A stretch of 64,000 nt of DNA from Eggerthellaceae bacterium UBA3686 (GTDB lineage Bacteria > Actinomycetota > Coriobacteriia > Coriobacteriales > Eggerthellaceae): positions 30,207 to 94,206 of the forward strand of contig DFIX01000019.1 of NCBI GenBank assembly GCA_002371495.1. Direction: 5' to 3'. The notes below the pieces were generated by a model. The model worked only from the letters and a program-made list of their open reading frames with translations. It did not search any database and was not told the origin of the DNA. Positions 1 through 8,757 of the stretch are shown one piece after another (the stretch's first letter is position 1; each line of letters begins with the position of its first letter). A program made the position numbers and the translations under genes.

Positions 1-1146
1 ATAGGCTGTCTTGGCAGTGCCGGCTGCGATCTTGCGAGCGAGCGCCGCCTCGCGCTGACGCATTGGCGCCACCACGGAATCGTCGATTGTCGCGCCCGAC
101 ATGAGCCTTGGCTTGGCACCGCGCAGTTCGTCACGCAGCTCGACTACGACGCCTTCCTGGTCGAGGGCGCGCTGGCAGACATGGCTGAGCGCATCGAGGA
201 CGAGCCCGAGCAAAGCCACGCGCTCGTCGAATTCCGCCTGTTTGGCACGCTCGACGATGTCGGGACCTGCTTCGCCCGACAGGATTCGCCCAATTTGGTA
301 GTCGGAACGATACTTCTCGAACAGGCTGTAGTAGACCGAGAACTTGTCGGCGATATCTTCGTCACGAAGGAACTGAGCGAACAATTCGCGGTCGCATTTC
401 TTGCCGAGCTGCTCGTAGAGCGTCACCACATCGGCCAAATCTTCCCAACCGCGCGCCGTAACGAAGCTCTTGCCGCCACCCGGCTTGGCCTCGACCAAGT
501 AGAAGCAGTCGGGCTTGGCTTCGAGGAAGGTCGTCACCGCAGGATGCAGGCCCTTTTCGGCAGCATAGCGCTTCCAAGCGTTGTAATCGGGTTCTACGTC
601 AATCTCGCGCAGGCGGTCGAGGGTCACGATGTCGAACTCGTGCACCGATTTGTTGTACTCAGGCGGGTTGCCAGCGCACACGATGACCCAATCTTCGGGG
701 ACCTTATGACGGCCGAATGTCTTGAACTGCAAAAACTGCAGCATGCTGGGATACAGCGTTTCGCTCACGCAATTGATTTCGTCTAAGAACAAGATGCCGC
801 TGCGCTCGCCCGAACGCTCCATATAGTCGTAGATGGCGCTTACGATTTCGCTCATCGTGTATTCCGAGGCCTCGTAGTCGAAGCCCTCGAAGCTGCGATG
901 CACGATACGAGGCAGGCCGAGCGCGCTTTGGCGGGTGTGATGCGTCATCGAATACGATACCACGCCGATTTCGAGCTCTTGGGCAATCTGCTCGATGATG
1001 GCAGTCTTGCCGATACCGGGCGCGCCCACCAAAAAAATCGGACGCTGGCGCGACGGGTCGATGACGTACATGCCCGCATCGTCTCGCTTCAGGTACGCCT
1101 CTACCGTGTCTTTGATCTGCTCTTTGGCTGCAGCGATATTCATCAT
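1..1146 (-). CDS. MoxR-like AAA+ ATPase (AAA_5 type); 3' end runs off the left window edge
   Basis: Absent from the ORF track because no stop lies in the window. The reverse complement from 1146 reads ATG ATG AAT ATC ... = MMNIAAAKEQIKDTVEAYLKRDD.... Hand translation gives Walker A IFLVGAPGIGKTA (around 1005-1038) and Walker B GILFLDEIN. It starts 24 nt downstream of the VWA gene stop on the same strand. Confidence 0.8.
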   Translation of the reverse strand, partial: MMNIAAAKEQIKDTVEAYLKRDDAGMYVIDPSRQRPIFLVGAPGIGKTAIIEQIAQELEIGVVSYSMTHHTRQSALGLPRIVHRSFEGFDYEASEYTMSEIVSAIYDYMERSGERSGILFLDEINCVSETLYPSMLQFLQFKTFGRHKVPEDWVIVCAGNPPEYNKSVHEFDIVTLDRLREIDVEPDYNAWKRYAAEKGLHPAVTTFLEAKPDCFYLVEAKPGGGKSFVTARGWEDLADVVTLYEQLGKKCDRELFAQFLRDEDIADKFSVYYSLFEKYRSDYQIGRILSGEAGPDIVERAKQAEFDERVALLGLVLDALSHVCQRALDQEGVVVELRDELRGAKPRLMSGATIDDSVVAPMRQREAALARKIAAGTAKTAY

Positions 1147-1170
1147 GGTACTGATTGCCCTTTCCCGTTG

Positions 1171-2838
1171 TTACATCCTGCTCGCAAACTTGTTTATGCC
1201 CTCTTCGTCGATGACCACCTTCATCGCCCACGGTGGCACCGATGGCGTATGCGCCTCGCCCGTGTCCATGAACACGAACGCCGTATCGTAATCGGGCGCG
1301 GCCTCTGGGTACTGCCCCAGACCGTCGGTGAAGTAGATAAGCCCCTTCATGTCGGTCAGCTCGCCGCGCTTGCGCAGGCTGTCCACGTAGCCGAACACCG
1401 GGCGAAAGTCGGTCCCGCCCATACCCCGCACGAAGAAGCCGTCCATGAATGCGTCGACATCGGCCAAATCGGTTATCTTCGTATCCGCCTGCACCTTCGC
1501 ATCACATTGAATCACGTGTATGTTGACCGAATGCGCGAAGTCCTCCTGCTTCTTGATTATGCCGAAGGTATGCTCGACAAAGCGCTTCACAAGCTCGCCC
1601 TTGCACGATTCAGACGTATCGATGGCGATGACGAAATCGCGGATGCGCTGCGTCTCTTTGTACTCGAGCGGCTCGACGAGCGGCATGTCGCCGTATAGTT
1701 CGAGACCGTAGGTGTAAAAGACGTAGTCGTACTCGTCGTCGTTGATCTTCATCTCTTCCGAGAGCATGGTGAAGCGTCTGAGAAAATCGGCGTAATCGTA
1801 GCGCTTGCGGTTCGCCACTTTCAGGCTGGCTATGAGCGAGCCCGCCTCGTCCCCCCATTCGGCCGAGAACGTCTCGAGGTTCATCTCGACCTGCTTGGCG
1901 ATTTCTTCCCAATCGCGCTCTTCTTCTGACTTCTGATCGTTGACTTCGCGCTCGTTGTCCTGGGTGTTCGACGAACCGTGCCAGTCACCCGAAACGTTGT
2001 CTTCGGCATCGTCGCCCTCGGCGGTATCTTGCGCATCGGCCGACGAACCCTCGGCGTCTTGGCTCTCGTCGCTCGACTCCTCGCCCTCGTTGTTCTGCAT
2101 CTCCTCGACGTCCTGCTCGGCGGCTTCCGCATCGCCGTCGGCCAGCATTTCGCGCATCTGGTCCTCGGGAGCATCGCCCTCGGCGTCGTCGTCCTGCTGC
2201 GCGAGCTCCTCGACCTCGCCTGGAACCTCTTCGGCCTGACCTTTCGAATACGACGGCCACGCCTCGTGGTTGTCGCGCTCGAAAAGCGCCATGTACTCGG
2301 TGAACTTGTCTTGCGTAAGCCCCAGGTACGTAGTGCCCTGCGGCGCCGTGAGCGCTTTCAGGAACAGCTGGTACAGAGACCCGGGTGCGATTTTGCCACA
2401 CATGAGGCTCAGCTCCGAGAGCGCTCCCCGACGGCTCTTGTCGAGCTCGCTCTCGAAGCGGCCGGCGCACAGCTCCATCGCCACGCTCTCGGCTACGACA
2501 TCACAGGCAAGCCACCAGGCGTCGTGTCGGGGATGATTTTCGTCGAAGGGATGCCTGAAGATGCAGTGCATCACCAAATGCAGGTAGTCTCGCACCTGCT
2601 CGTCGAACGATTCCTCGAAGCGCCCGACTACGGCATAGGGTTCGAAGTACACCTTCTTGCCGTCGGTCGCCATCGGGTAGCGCCCCTGCACATGTACCGC
2701 TTCGGATGGCATGCGCCAAAGCGCCAGGTCAAGGAAACGAAACTTCAACATGAGCGAAACGCGCGATTCCTCGATGATCTCGAGTGCGACCTTTTCGGCC
2801 TGAAGCCAGCGCTGTTGCTTTTCGTCTAGTTGGACCAT
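1171..2838 (-). CDS. VWA-domain protein of the DUF2201 type: N-terminal metallopeptidase-like domain, acidic linker, C-terminal VWA domain
   Basis: 555-aa ORF. MIDAS motif DTSES (FVIAIDTSESC), followed by GGTDF and YFTDG. The N-domain motif LHLVMHCIFRH sits where this family usually has HExxH. A D/E-rich linker of about 125 aa spans roughly 1881-2256. ATG at 2838 lies 9 nt after the LRR gene stop. Confidence 0.8.
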   Translation of the reverse strand: MVQLDEKQQRWLQAEKVALEIIEESRVSLMLKFRFLDLALWRMPSEAVHVQGRYPMATDGKKVYFEPYAVVGRFEESFDEQVRDYLHLVMHCIFRHPFDENHPRHDAWWLACDVVAESVAMELCAGRFESELDKSRRGALSELSLMCGKIAPGSLYQLFLKALTAPQGTTYLGLTQDKFTEYMALFERDNHEAWPSYSKGQAEEVPGEVEELAQQDDDAEGDAPEDQMREMLADGDAEAAEQDVEEMQNNEGEESSDESQDAEGSSADAQDTAEGDDAEDNVSGDWHGSSNTQDNEREVNDQKSEEERDWEEIAKQVEMNLETFSAEWGDEAGSLIASLKVANRKRYDYADFLRRFTMLSEEMKINDDEYDYVFYTYGLELYGDMPLVEPLEYKETQRIRDFVIAIDTSESCKGELVKRFVEHTFGIIKKQEDFAHSVNIHVIQCDAKVQADTKITDLADVDAFMDGFFVRGMGGTDFRPVFGYVDSLRKRGELTDMKGLIYFTDGLGQYPEAAPDYDTAFVFMDTGEAHTPSVPPWAMKVVIDEEGINKFASRM

Positions 2839-2847
2839 GTCTTAATC

Positions 2848-5130
2848 CTACAAATCGAAGTCGAATGCAGCACGGCCGAAGCGGGTGCGTTTCAGCTCGA
2901 GCAGATAGCCGCTCATGGCGGCATCCTGCAACCCGCTTACTGCAACGATAACCGTCTCGATATTATCAGCGTTCAGGTACCCGAAATCGGCAAGGGCTCC
3001 CATAAGGGCGCGATCGTCATGACGCGCCGTGTCAACGCAGATCTCGACTGCATGTTCGCGCAAGGTCCGCTCGAAAAGCGACCGGTTGACGCCTGTCAGC
3101 AAAATGGGGTCTTTGAAGCGCTCGACAATTAACCGAGCCTGCTCGTAGGCCGTCACGCCATCGCCTTTGCGAGCAGTGTAATCATGGGCGTTTGCCAGGC
3201 AGTTGTCGAAGTGCTTCATCATATCGGGCACGTTCACCCAACTCGACCCGCCGAGCGCCAAGCTGATCTCATGAATCGACCGGGCCGTGTCGGGAAACCT
3301 GAACTCGAAGACGGTCCTCCCCTCGAGCGGTTTTTTCAATTCGACCTTGATATGCTCGATGAAAGACCATGTAAGGAGCCCCGACGAACCGATGGTCTTG
3401 AGATTGGGCCCTAGATAAATTGACTTGATGTTACGGCAGTTGCTGAAAGCATACGATTCGATGTGCTTCACGCGCTCGGGTATGGCGACGTCTTCTACCG
3501 AATTGTCGAACAGAATCGCTCGATCGCCGTCCTCGCCCCGCTCGCACAGGATACCCGATTCAACGTAAAAGCGCGTATTAGCCGGGTCAGCAGAGATCTT
3601 CGCAATCGAGGGCGGCTCGACCAGGCGATGTGCACCTGCGGTGACAAATGCGTCGGCTCCTATGCTCTGCAGGGCAGCCGGAATGAAGAGCTCGGTCAGC
3701 GACGAGTCAATAAATGCCTCTTTGCCAATAGCCCTCAACGTCGACGGAAAGGTGACCGAGCGCAGCTTTCTGCAGACCCTGAAAGCGCTGTCGCCAATCT
3801 GCTCGACGCCTTCCGGAACCTCGACTTCCTCTATCGTTTCGTGAAATGCGAAAGCATACGATTCAACGACATGCGTCCCATCAACAATCTTGAACGCAGC
3901 GACAGTCGGATCAATCAGCTGCACGAATCGCAAGTATTCACCGTCTTGTTTGTAGAGTCCACCGTTTCCATCGTAGAAATACAGCGGGTTCTGGCTCGAT
4001 ACCGCAAACGTTGCACCTTCGCCCGTGTATACAACGTTGGTGTTCTGAACGATGCAGTTCCCTATAAAGCGCACCGAAGCAGGCACCACAATTCCTTCGA
4101 GCCCCGAACCGGCAAATGCATAGGCGGCGATACTCTCTAGGCCCGCGTTCAACGTAACGTGAGAAAGCTCCTTGCAATGAAAAAACGAGCGCTCACCAAT
4201 GGTCTTAAGCGAACATCCGCATTCGAGCCTCTTCAAGCCGGTATGCGCGAACGCGTAGTCTTCGAGCACCTCCAAAGAGTCAGGCATTACCACCTGTTCG
4301 AGTTTCAGGACGCCCATACACGCTTTCTTCGCGACCCGCTTGCATCCATTTTGAATTATCAATTTCTTGACCGGACGGGCAAGCGCTATGAGGGTCTTTC
4401 CGTCTTTTGCGTAAAGCGCATCGCCATCGCAATCGATAAATGGATTGTCAGCAGCTACCTCAATGACCTTGAGCTGTGTCTTTTCAAATGCGCCCGGGAG
4501 CACGTTCTTTACGTTTTTGCCGATGATTAGCGTCTGCAAAGAGGGATTCTCGAATACTTCGCCGGTAATCTTCTCGAGCATGCCGGGCAATACGATGGTC
4601 TTGATCTTTGGACACTGCGACAGCCACGTGGCCGAGAATTCGACGACGTCTTTCGGAAAACGGACGTACTCGAGATTCTCATTCATCCTAAAGGCGCACA
4701 GCCCGATTGTTTTAACGCTGTCAGGACATATTATTCGCCGCACCGACCCAAGCTCCGCACATGCATCAGCGCTAATAGCATACACAGGCAGGCCTTCGAT
4801 GCTGCTAGGAATCTCGAGCGTCTCTTCAGCTGTCCTGCAACGCGTGATTCTGACCATGCTTTGGTCGACGATTCTGTAAGTCCATACCGTCTTATCGCCA
4901 CAAGAATAGGTATACGGCTTTGACGAGCGCGCATATTCGAGGTCTCGCAGCCGCTTTGCTTCAGCTTGCTTGCGCTTATACTCGATTTCCATGCGTTCAA
5001 GCTGCTCTTTCGAAGCAGTCACTCCGTCCATTGCGGTCGGCGAAAAACCACCGAACGTAACAGCCAATGTTGCTATCGCAGAAACGCCATCGCCTATAGC
5101 CAAAATACCCTCGCTATAATCGTTAAGCAA
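2848..5130 (-). CDS. BspA-type leucine-rich-repeat protein with no recognisable signal peptide and a helical C-terminal domain
   Basis: 760-aa ORF with repeated ~23-aa LRR_5-like units (e.g. VEVPEGVEQIGDSAFRVCRKLRSVTFPSTLRAIGKEAF). An N-terminal coiled-coil-like stretch reads KEQLERMEIEYKRKQAEAKRL. The track start is TTG and the true start is uncertain. Sample lines are only 47-50% GC. Confidence 0.75.
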   Translation of the reverse strand: MLNDYSEGILAIGDGVSAIATLAVTFGGFSPTAMDGVTASKEQLERMEIEYKRKQAEAKRLRDLEYARSSKPYTYSCGDKTVWTYRIVDQSMVRITRCRTAEETLEIPSSIEGLPVYAISADACAELGSVRRIICPDSVKTIGLCAFRMNENLEYVRFPKDVVEFSATWLSQCPKIKTIVLPGMLEKITGEVFENPSLQTLIIGKNVKNVLPGAFEKTQLKVIEVAADNPFIDCDGDALYAKDGKTLIALARPVKKLIIQNGCKRVAKKACMGVLKLEQVVMPDSLEVLEDYAFAHTGLKRLECGCSLKTIGERSFFHCKELSHVTLNAGLESIAAYAFAGSGLEGIVVPASVRFIGNCIVQNTNVVYTGEGATFAVSSQNPLYFYDGNGGLYKQDGEYLRFVQLIDPTVAAFKIVDGTHVVESYAFAFHETIEEVEVPEGVEQIGDSAFRVCRKLRSVTFPSTLRAIGKEAFIDSSLTELFIPAALQSIGADAFVTAGAHRLVEPPSIAKISADPANTRFYVESGILCERGEDGDRAILFDNSVEDVAIPERVKHIESYAFSNCRNIKSIYLGPNLKTIGSSGLLTWSFIEHIKVELKKPLEGRTVFEFRFPDTARSIHEISLALGGSSWVNVPDMMKHFDNCLANAHDYTARKGDGVTAYEQARLIVERFKDPILLTGVNRSLFERTLREHAVEICVDTARHDDRALMGALADFGYLNADNIETVIVAVSGLQDAAMSGYLLELKRTRFGRAAFDFDL

Positions 5131-5226
5131 ATATGAAATGCATTTACCAGAAAGATTTTGACCCGAGATTCCACTCGGGTCATTATGCAGTTCGTATGTA
5201 CAAGATTAAACCGTGAGAAACACTCG

Positions 5227-5550
5227 TTACTTGCGCAATCTACCAGCTGAGTCAAATTTACGTCGCGGTTCGATTTCATCACCGTAGATGATGCAGTAGC
5301 GCGTGCCCTTTAGAGTAACAATAAGGCTCGCCACGACCGGGGCACCCTCGTTACCGTGGTCGTAAACCTGGTACGTCAGCAGCTCTCGATCGAACATCTC
5401 TTGATACACTGGGTTATTCTCAATCTTGCTCAGCAGCACGTTTGTGGGTTCGCGACCGAGCTCGTCCTGCCGAAGGGCAATGTTATACAGAATGTTTTCC
5501 TGCTCTTCCGAAAGACGTCCTTCAGCCCTGATTTCCTCTTCTGTAGCCAT
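5227..5550 (-). CDS. hypothetical 107-aa protein
   Basis: ATG preceded by GGAAGGTG about 12 nt upstream. No motif recognised. It lies 96 nt upstream of the LRR gene on the same strand, in the same lower-GC stretch. Confidence 0.5.
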   Translation of the reverse strand: MATEEEIRAEGRLSEEQENILYNIALRQDELGREPTNVLLSKIENNPVYQEMFDRELLTYQVYDHGNEGAPVVASLIVTLKGTRYCIIYGDEIEPRRKFDSAGRLRK

Positions 5551-5636
5551 AGGTTTCGCTTCACCTTCCTACTTATTTGACTGCGCCTTATACGCATTCA
5601 TGCAAATGACTTGTATCAGTATAAAGCATATTGCAG

Positions 5637-5664
5637 AAAAAAGGGGGCGGCCTAAGCCGCCCCC
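5637..5664 (-). terminator. Rho-independent terminator closing the Mo-enzyme operon
   Basis: Minus strand reads GGGGGCGGC-TTAG-GCCGCCCCC followed by TTTTTT, 28 nt after the stop of the 93-aa gene. Confidence 0.75.
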
Positions 5665-5691
5665 ATTAAGGCATTGCAATGCCGGTAAATC

Positions 5692-5973
5692 CTACCAAGG
5701 AACCTCGCGGCCCTTGAACTCATGCGGATCCCCGCGCCAGCCGTCGCCTTCCTGAGCATACTCGTTGCCAGAACGCTTCGTGCTGGTGTAACCAGACCAT
5801 GCGCGGGCCATGAACTTGTCCTTGACCCAGAAGATGTTCTGCTTCATCAGCTCAGCAGCGTCGAGCTCATACTCAGCCAGAGCCTCATCCTTGGACTTTC
5901 CAGCAGCAACAGCCTCATTCAGAAGCTTAGCAATCTCGCTGTTGTCAAGCGCCAAAAGCTCTTCACGATCCAT
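5692..5973 (-). CDS. hypothetical 93-aa protein; third gene of the Mo-enzyme operon
   Basis: ORF MDREELLALDNSEIAKLLNEAVAAG...GDGWRGDPHEFKGREVPW. It lies 65 nt downstream of the 119-aa gene and is followed by a strong terminator. No cysteines and no recognised family. Confidence 0.55.
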   Translation of the reverse strand: MDREELLALDNSEIAKLLNEAVAAGKSKDEALAEYELDAAELMKQNIFWVKDKFMARAWSGYTSTKRSGNEYAQEGDGWRGDPHEFKGREVPW

Positions 5974-6038
5974 AGGTGTCCCTCCTTCTTTAGGTGAAGC
6001 CGCCTTTTGACGGCTTCACCAAAGTCTATCACAAACTT

Positions 6039-6398
6039 TTAGAGACGGAACAGAACGGTCGGGCGATCAAATTCCTGCATCTTTGCGAACATCTCGTCAA
6101 GAGTGCCATAGTACATAGATGCGGACTCTTCAACCTGGACAGCAACCGGACGCTGACCAGCCTTGTCGCCGCCAGCTCCCCAGTGCTCAGAGAAGATGGA
6201 CGTCGGGCAAGGAATGTAGAACCATTCCCAAGCGTCGCCCGTGTCACCCTCGCCCTTGCGGAAGGGGCCGACCTGGACTTCCTTGATACCAAACTGCTCG
6301 AGCGGGAGACCCAGTTCTTCCTTGCAGGCAATCTCTGCTGCGTGATTGCCGGAGAAGTAAGTGTAGTCAACGAGCAGGCCGTATTGAGTGTCTGCCAT
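6039..6398 (-). CDS. degenerate, cysteine-depleted ferredoxin-like small subunit of the molybdopterin enzyme
   Basis: 119 aa with only 2 Cys. The N-terminus QYGLLVDYTYFSGNHAAEIACKEE aligns by eye with the canonical beta-subunit start QYGxVIDxxxCIGCxxCxxACKxEN. The C-terminal PVAVQVEESASMYYGTLDE aligns with PACVxxCPxxAxxFGDxxD. It starts 19 nt after the large-subunit stop. Confidence 0.6.
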   Translation of the reverse strand: MADTQYGLLVDYTYFSGNHAAEIACKEELGLPLEQFGIKEVQVGPFRKGEGDTGDAWEWFYIPCPTSIFSEHWGAGGDKAGQRPVAVQVEESASMYYGTLDEMFAKMQEFDRPTVLFRL

Positions 6399-6417
6399 TA
6401 AGATCTTCCCCTTTCGA

Positions 6418-8757
6418 TTAGTCCTCGTCGAGGCTGCGGACGCGCTTCATGTTGCACATGACACCCTTGTAGGGAGCGCCGAAGCCAAGCTTGCCGATGT
6501 TCTGGTGCGGGACCAGCGAGTTGAAGTTGGACTTCCACACGCCGAACAGGTTGGGCTCTTCGCCGTCCTGCTCGGGGTACCACCAACCATGAGCGCAGTT
6601 GATGATGCCGGGCTTCAGAACAGGAGTAATCTCTGCCTTGAAGCGAGCCTCGCCGAACATGTTGTAAACCTCGACCCAGTCGCCCTCGGTGATGCCATAT
6701 TCCTTGGCGGTCTCGGGCGGAATCTGGACCCATGCCCACGGGTCGATCTGACGCAGGGACGGAACCTGACGATGCTCGGAGTGGAAGGAGCTGTAACGAC
6801 GAGAACCGGAGGTGGAGATCAGCGGATAAGCCTCGGCGTCCTGCGGACGGCTGACCTGCGAGTAGTTCGGCTCCTCGTAGTAAGGCAGCGGATCCTCGCC
6901 CCAAGAGGCGTAGAGGATGGAGTTAGCCTCGATCTGGCCGGTGATGGTGTTGAAGCCAGGCTCGCCGTCGAAGCGGAGCAGGCCCTTCTCGTACTTCTTG
7001 TACTCGAAGCCATGAGCACCAGGCTGATACAGACCCTCTTCACGGAGGTCGTTGAAGTCCATGTTCAGCTCAGCAAGCTGATCGCTGAAGAACTTGTCGA
7101 CGGCCTTGTCGAGCTCGGTACGGTCGATGGCAGCGCCATCCTTGTCGCCCGGCATCCACTCGGGATCGAGCCACGGCCACCAAGACGGATTCAGCTTGGA
7201 ACCGAACATCAGGCAGATCTCGATGTCGGACATGCACTCGCCGACCTGCAGGGCCTTGTTCATCGGGCCCATGAACACGGTGTTGCGGCCATAGTGGGTG
7301 AGGACGATGCCGTCATGCTCAGCCCAAGTGGCCATCGGGAGGAAGTAATCGCCAACAGCCATGGCCGTCGGGGTCATCCAGAGGTCCTGGATTACGCAGA
7401 ACTCGATGGACTCGAGCAGCGCCTTGTGCCAACGCTTCGGCTGAGCCGAGCAGGTCGGCGCCAGGAAGTTGGAGCTGTTGAACCAGGCCATACGCAGCTG
7501 ATACGGCTGCTTGGTCTCCATGGTGTTCAGCGTCTCGTCGGGCTGGGTGGTAGCCATGCCGGTGGACAGGCCAGGCCACTGGGCAGCGCCGATACGCTTC
7601 TGCCAAACCTCGTCGTCCATAGCGCCACGCTGCTCCATGCGCCACTTGCCGAGCAGAGCAGACGGAGGACCGAGGGTCAGGCCACCAGGCGAGTCGATCG
7701 AGCCAGCCAGAGCGGCCAGGAGGATCATTGCCTGGGACAGCTGAACGCCGTTCTTGTTCTGGTCAAATGCGAGGCCCCAAGCCCAGCCGATCGGGCGCTC
7801 GGTGCCGATGATATGAGCGACCTTCTCGATGGTCTCGACGGAAACCGTCGTGATCTCGGAGACCTTCTCGACCGGATACTCAGCGGCGCGCTCTTTGAGC
7901 TCGTCGATGCCGAAGATCCAGTTCTCGGCCATCTCATGATCGTACTCGTCGTTCTGGAACATGAGGTTCATAACGCCGAGGGCGAAAGCGGTGTCGGTCT
8001 GCGGACGGACCTGAACATTGATGTTGCCATCATGAGCGCCAACCCAGGTAACACGCGGGTCAACGGAGATGATGTGGGTGCCACGCTTCATCATGTCGAC
8101 GAGGCAGTGACCGAAGAAACCGTCGCCGTTGGAAGGCAGCGGCTCCTTGCCCCAAACAACAACCCACTTGGAAAGCGTGTAACGCGGGTCGTCATAGGAG
8201 CCAGGCAGGTGGCCTGCATAGTCGAGCTCGGGGTAGCCAGCGCCGAGGACATAGTCGGCGATGGAGCAACGAGGACCGTAGCAAGACCAACCAGACTGCG
8301 TGTAGCAGCAGTTCGGCGACTTCAGAACGGAGAACGTCAGAGCATAGTAGTAAATGCATGCCTCACGGCCGGTGCCGCCGAAGCAAACGATGGACTCGGG
8401 GCCGCCATTAGCGGGATCCCAGTAGTAACGAACCTTCTCGACGATGGTCTCGAGGCACTCGTCCCAAGAGGTGCGCTCCCACTTGTCTTTACCACGATCC
8501 TCAACCGCACGCTTCATCGGGTAGATGATGCGGTCAGGATGATGGGTGTACTCACGCAGAGCGAGGTTCAAGGCGTTAACACGGCCCGTGGTGATCGGGT
8601 TGTTATCGTCACCCTCGATACGGATCAGCTTGCCATCCTTGGTGACCACCTTGACGCCGTATCCTACGGGGTGAGATCCCGGAGGAGACCAAGTGTTGGA
8701 ACGGGTGACGATAGTACCGTCGGGCATTTCGGTACGCCACTCCTTGGAATAAGCCAT
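6418..8757 (-). CDS. molybdopterin (bis-MGD) oxidoreductase-family catalytic subunit, acetylene-hydratase / pyrogallol-transhydroxylase / catechol-dehydroxylase-like, cytoplasmic
   Basis: 779 aa from ATG 8757, with AAGGAG 8 nt upstream; the track ORF extends to 8793. Typical family blocks are present: KDGKLIRIEGD, HPDRIIYPMKR, VDPRVTW, and a C-terminal molybdopterin-binding block GDWVEVYN...KPGIINCAHGWW. There is no RR leader and no Cys in the FS0 region. Confidence 0.9.
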   Translation of the reverse strand: MAYSKEWRTEMPDGTIVTRSNTWSPPGSHPVGYGVKVVTKDGKLIRIEGDDNNPITTGRVNALNLALREYTHHPDRIIYPMKRAVEDRGKDKWERTSWDECLETIVEKVRYYWDPANGGPESIVCFGGTGREACIYYYALTFSVLKSPNCCYTQSGWSCYGPRCSIADYVLGAGYPELDYAGHLPGSYDDPRYTLSKWVVVWGKEPLPSNGDGFFGHCLVDMMKRGTHIISVDPRVTWVGAHDGNINVQVRPQTDTAFALGVMNLMFQNDEYDHEMAENWIFGIDELKERAAEYPVEKVSEITTVSVETIEKVAHIIGTERPIGWAWGLAFDQNKNGVQLSQAMILLAALAGSIDSPGGLTLGPPSALLGKWRMEQRGAMDDEVWQKRIGAAQWPGLSTGMATTQPDETLNTMETKQPYQLRMAWFNSSNFLAPTCSAQPKRWHKALLESIEFCVIQDLWMTPTAMAVGDYFLPMATWAEHDGIVLTHYGRNTVFMGPMNKALQVGECMSDIEICLMFGSKLNPSWWPWLDPEWMPGDKDGAAIDRTELDKAVDKFFSDQLAELNMDFNDLREEGLYQPGAHGFEYKKYEKGLLRFDGEPGFNTITGQIEANSILYASWGEDPLPYYEEPNYSQVSRPQDAEAYPLISTSGSRRYSSFHSEHRQVPSLRQIDPWAWVQIPPETAKEYGITEGDWVEVYNMFGEARFKAEITPVLKPGIINCAHGWWYPEQDGEEPNLFGVWKSNFNSLVPHQNIGKLGFGAPYKGVMCNMKRVRSLDED

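Noticed and set aside
181-786. 201-aa plus-strand ORF at the left edge.
   Set aside because: The opposite strand encodes a MoxR ATPase with intact Walker A and B motifs in operon context. The plus-strand product has no motifs.
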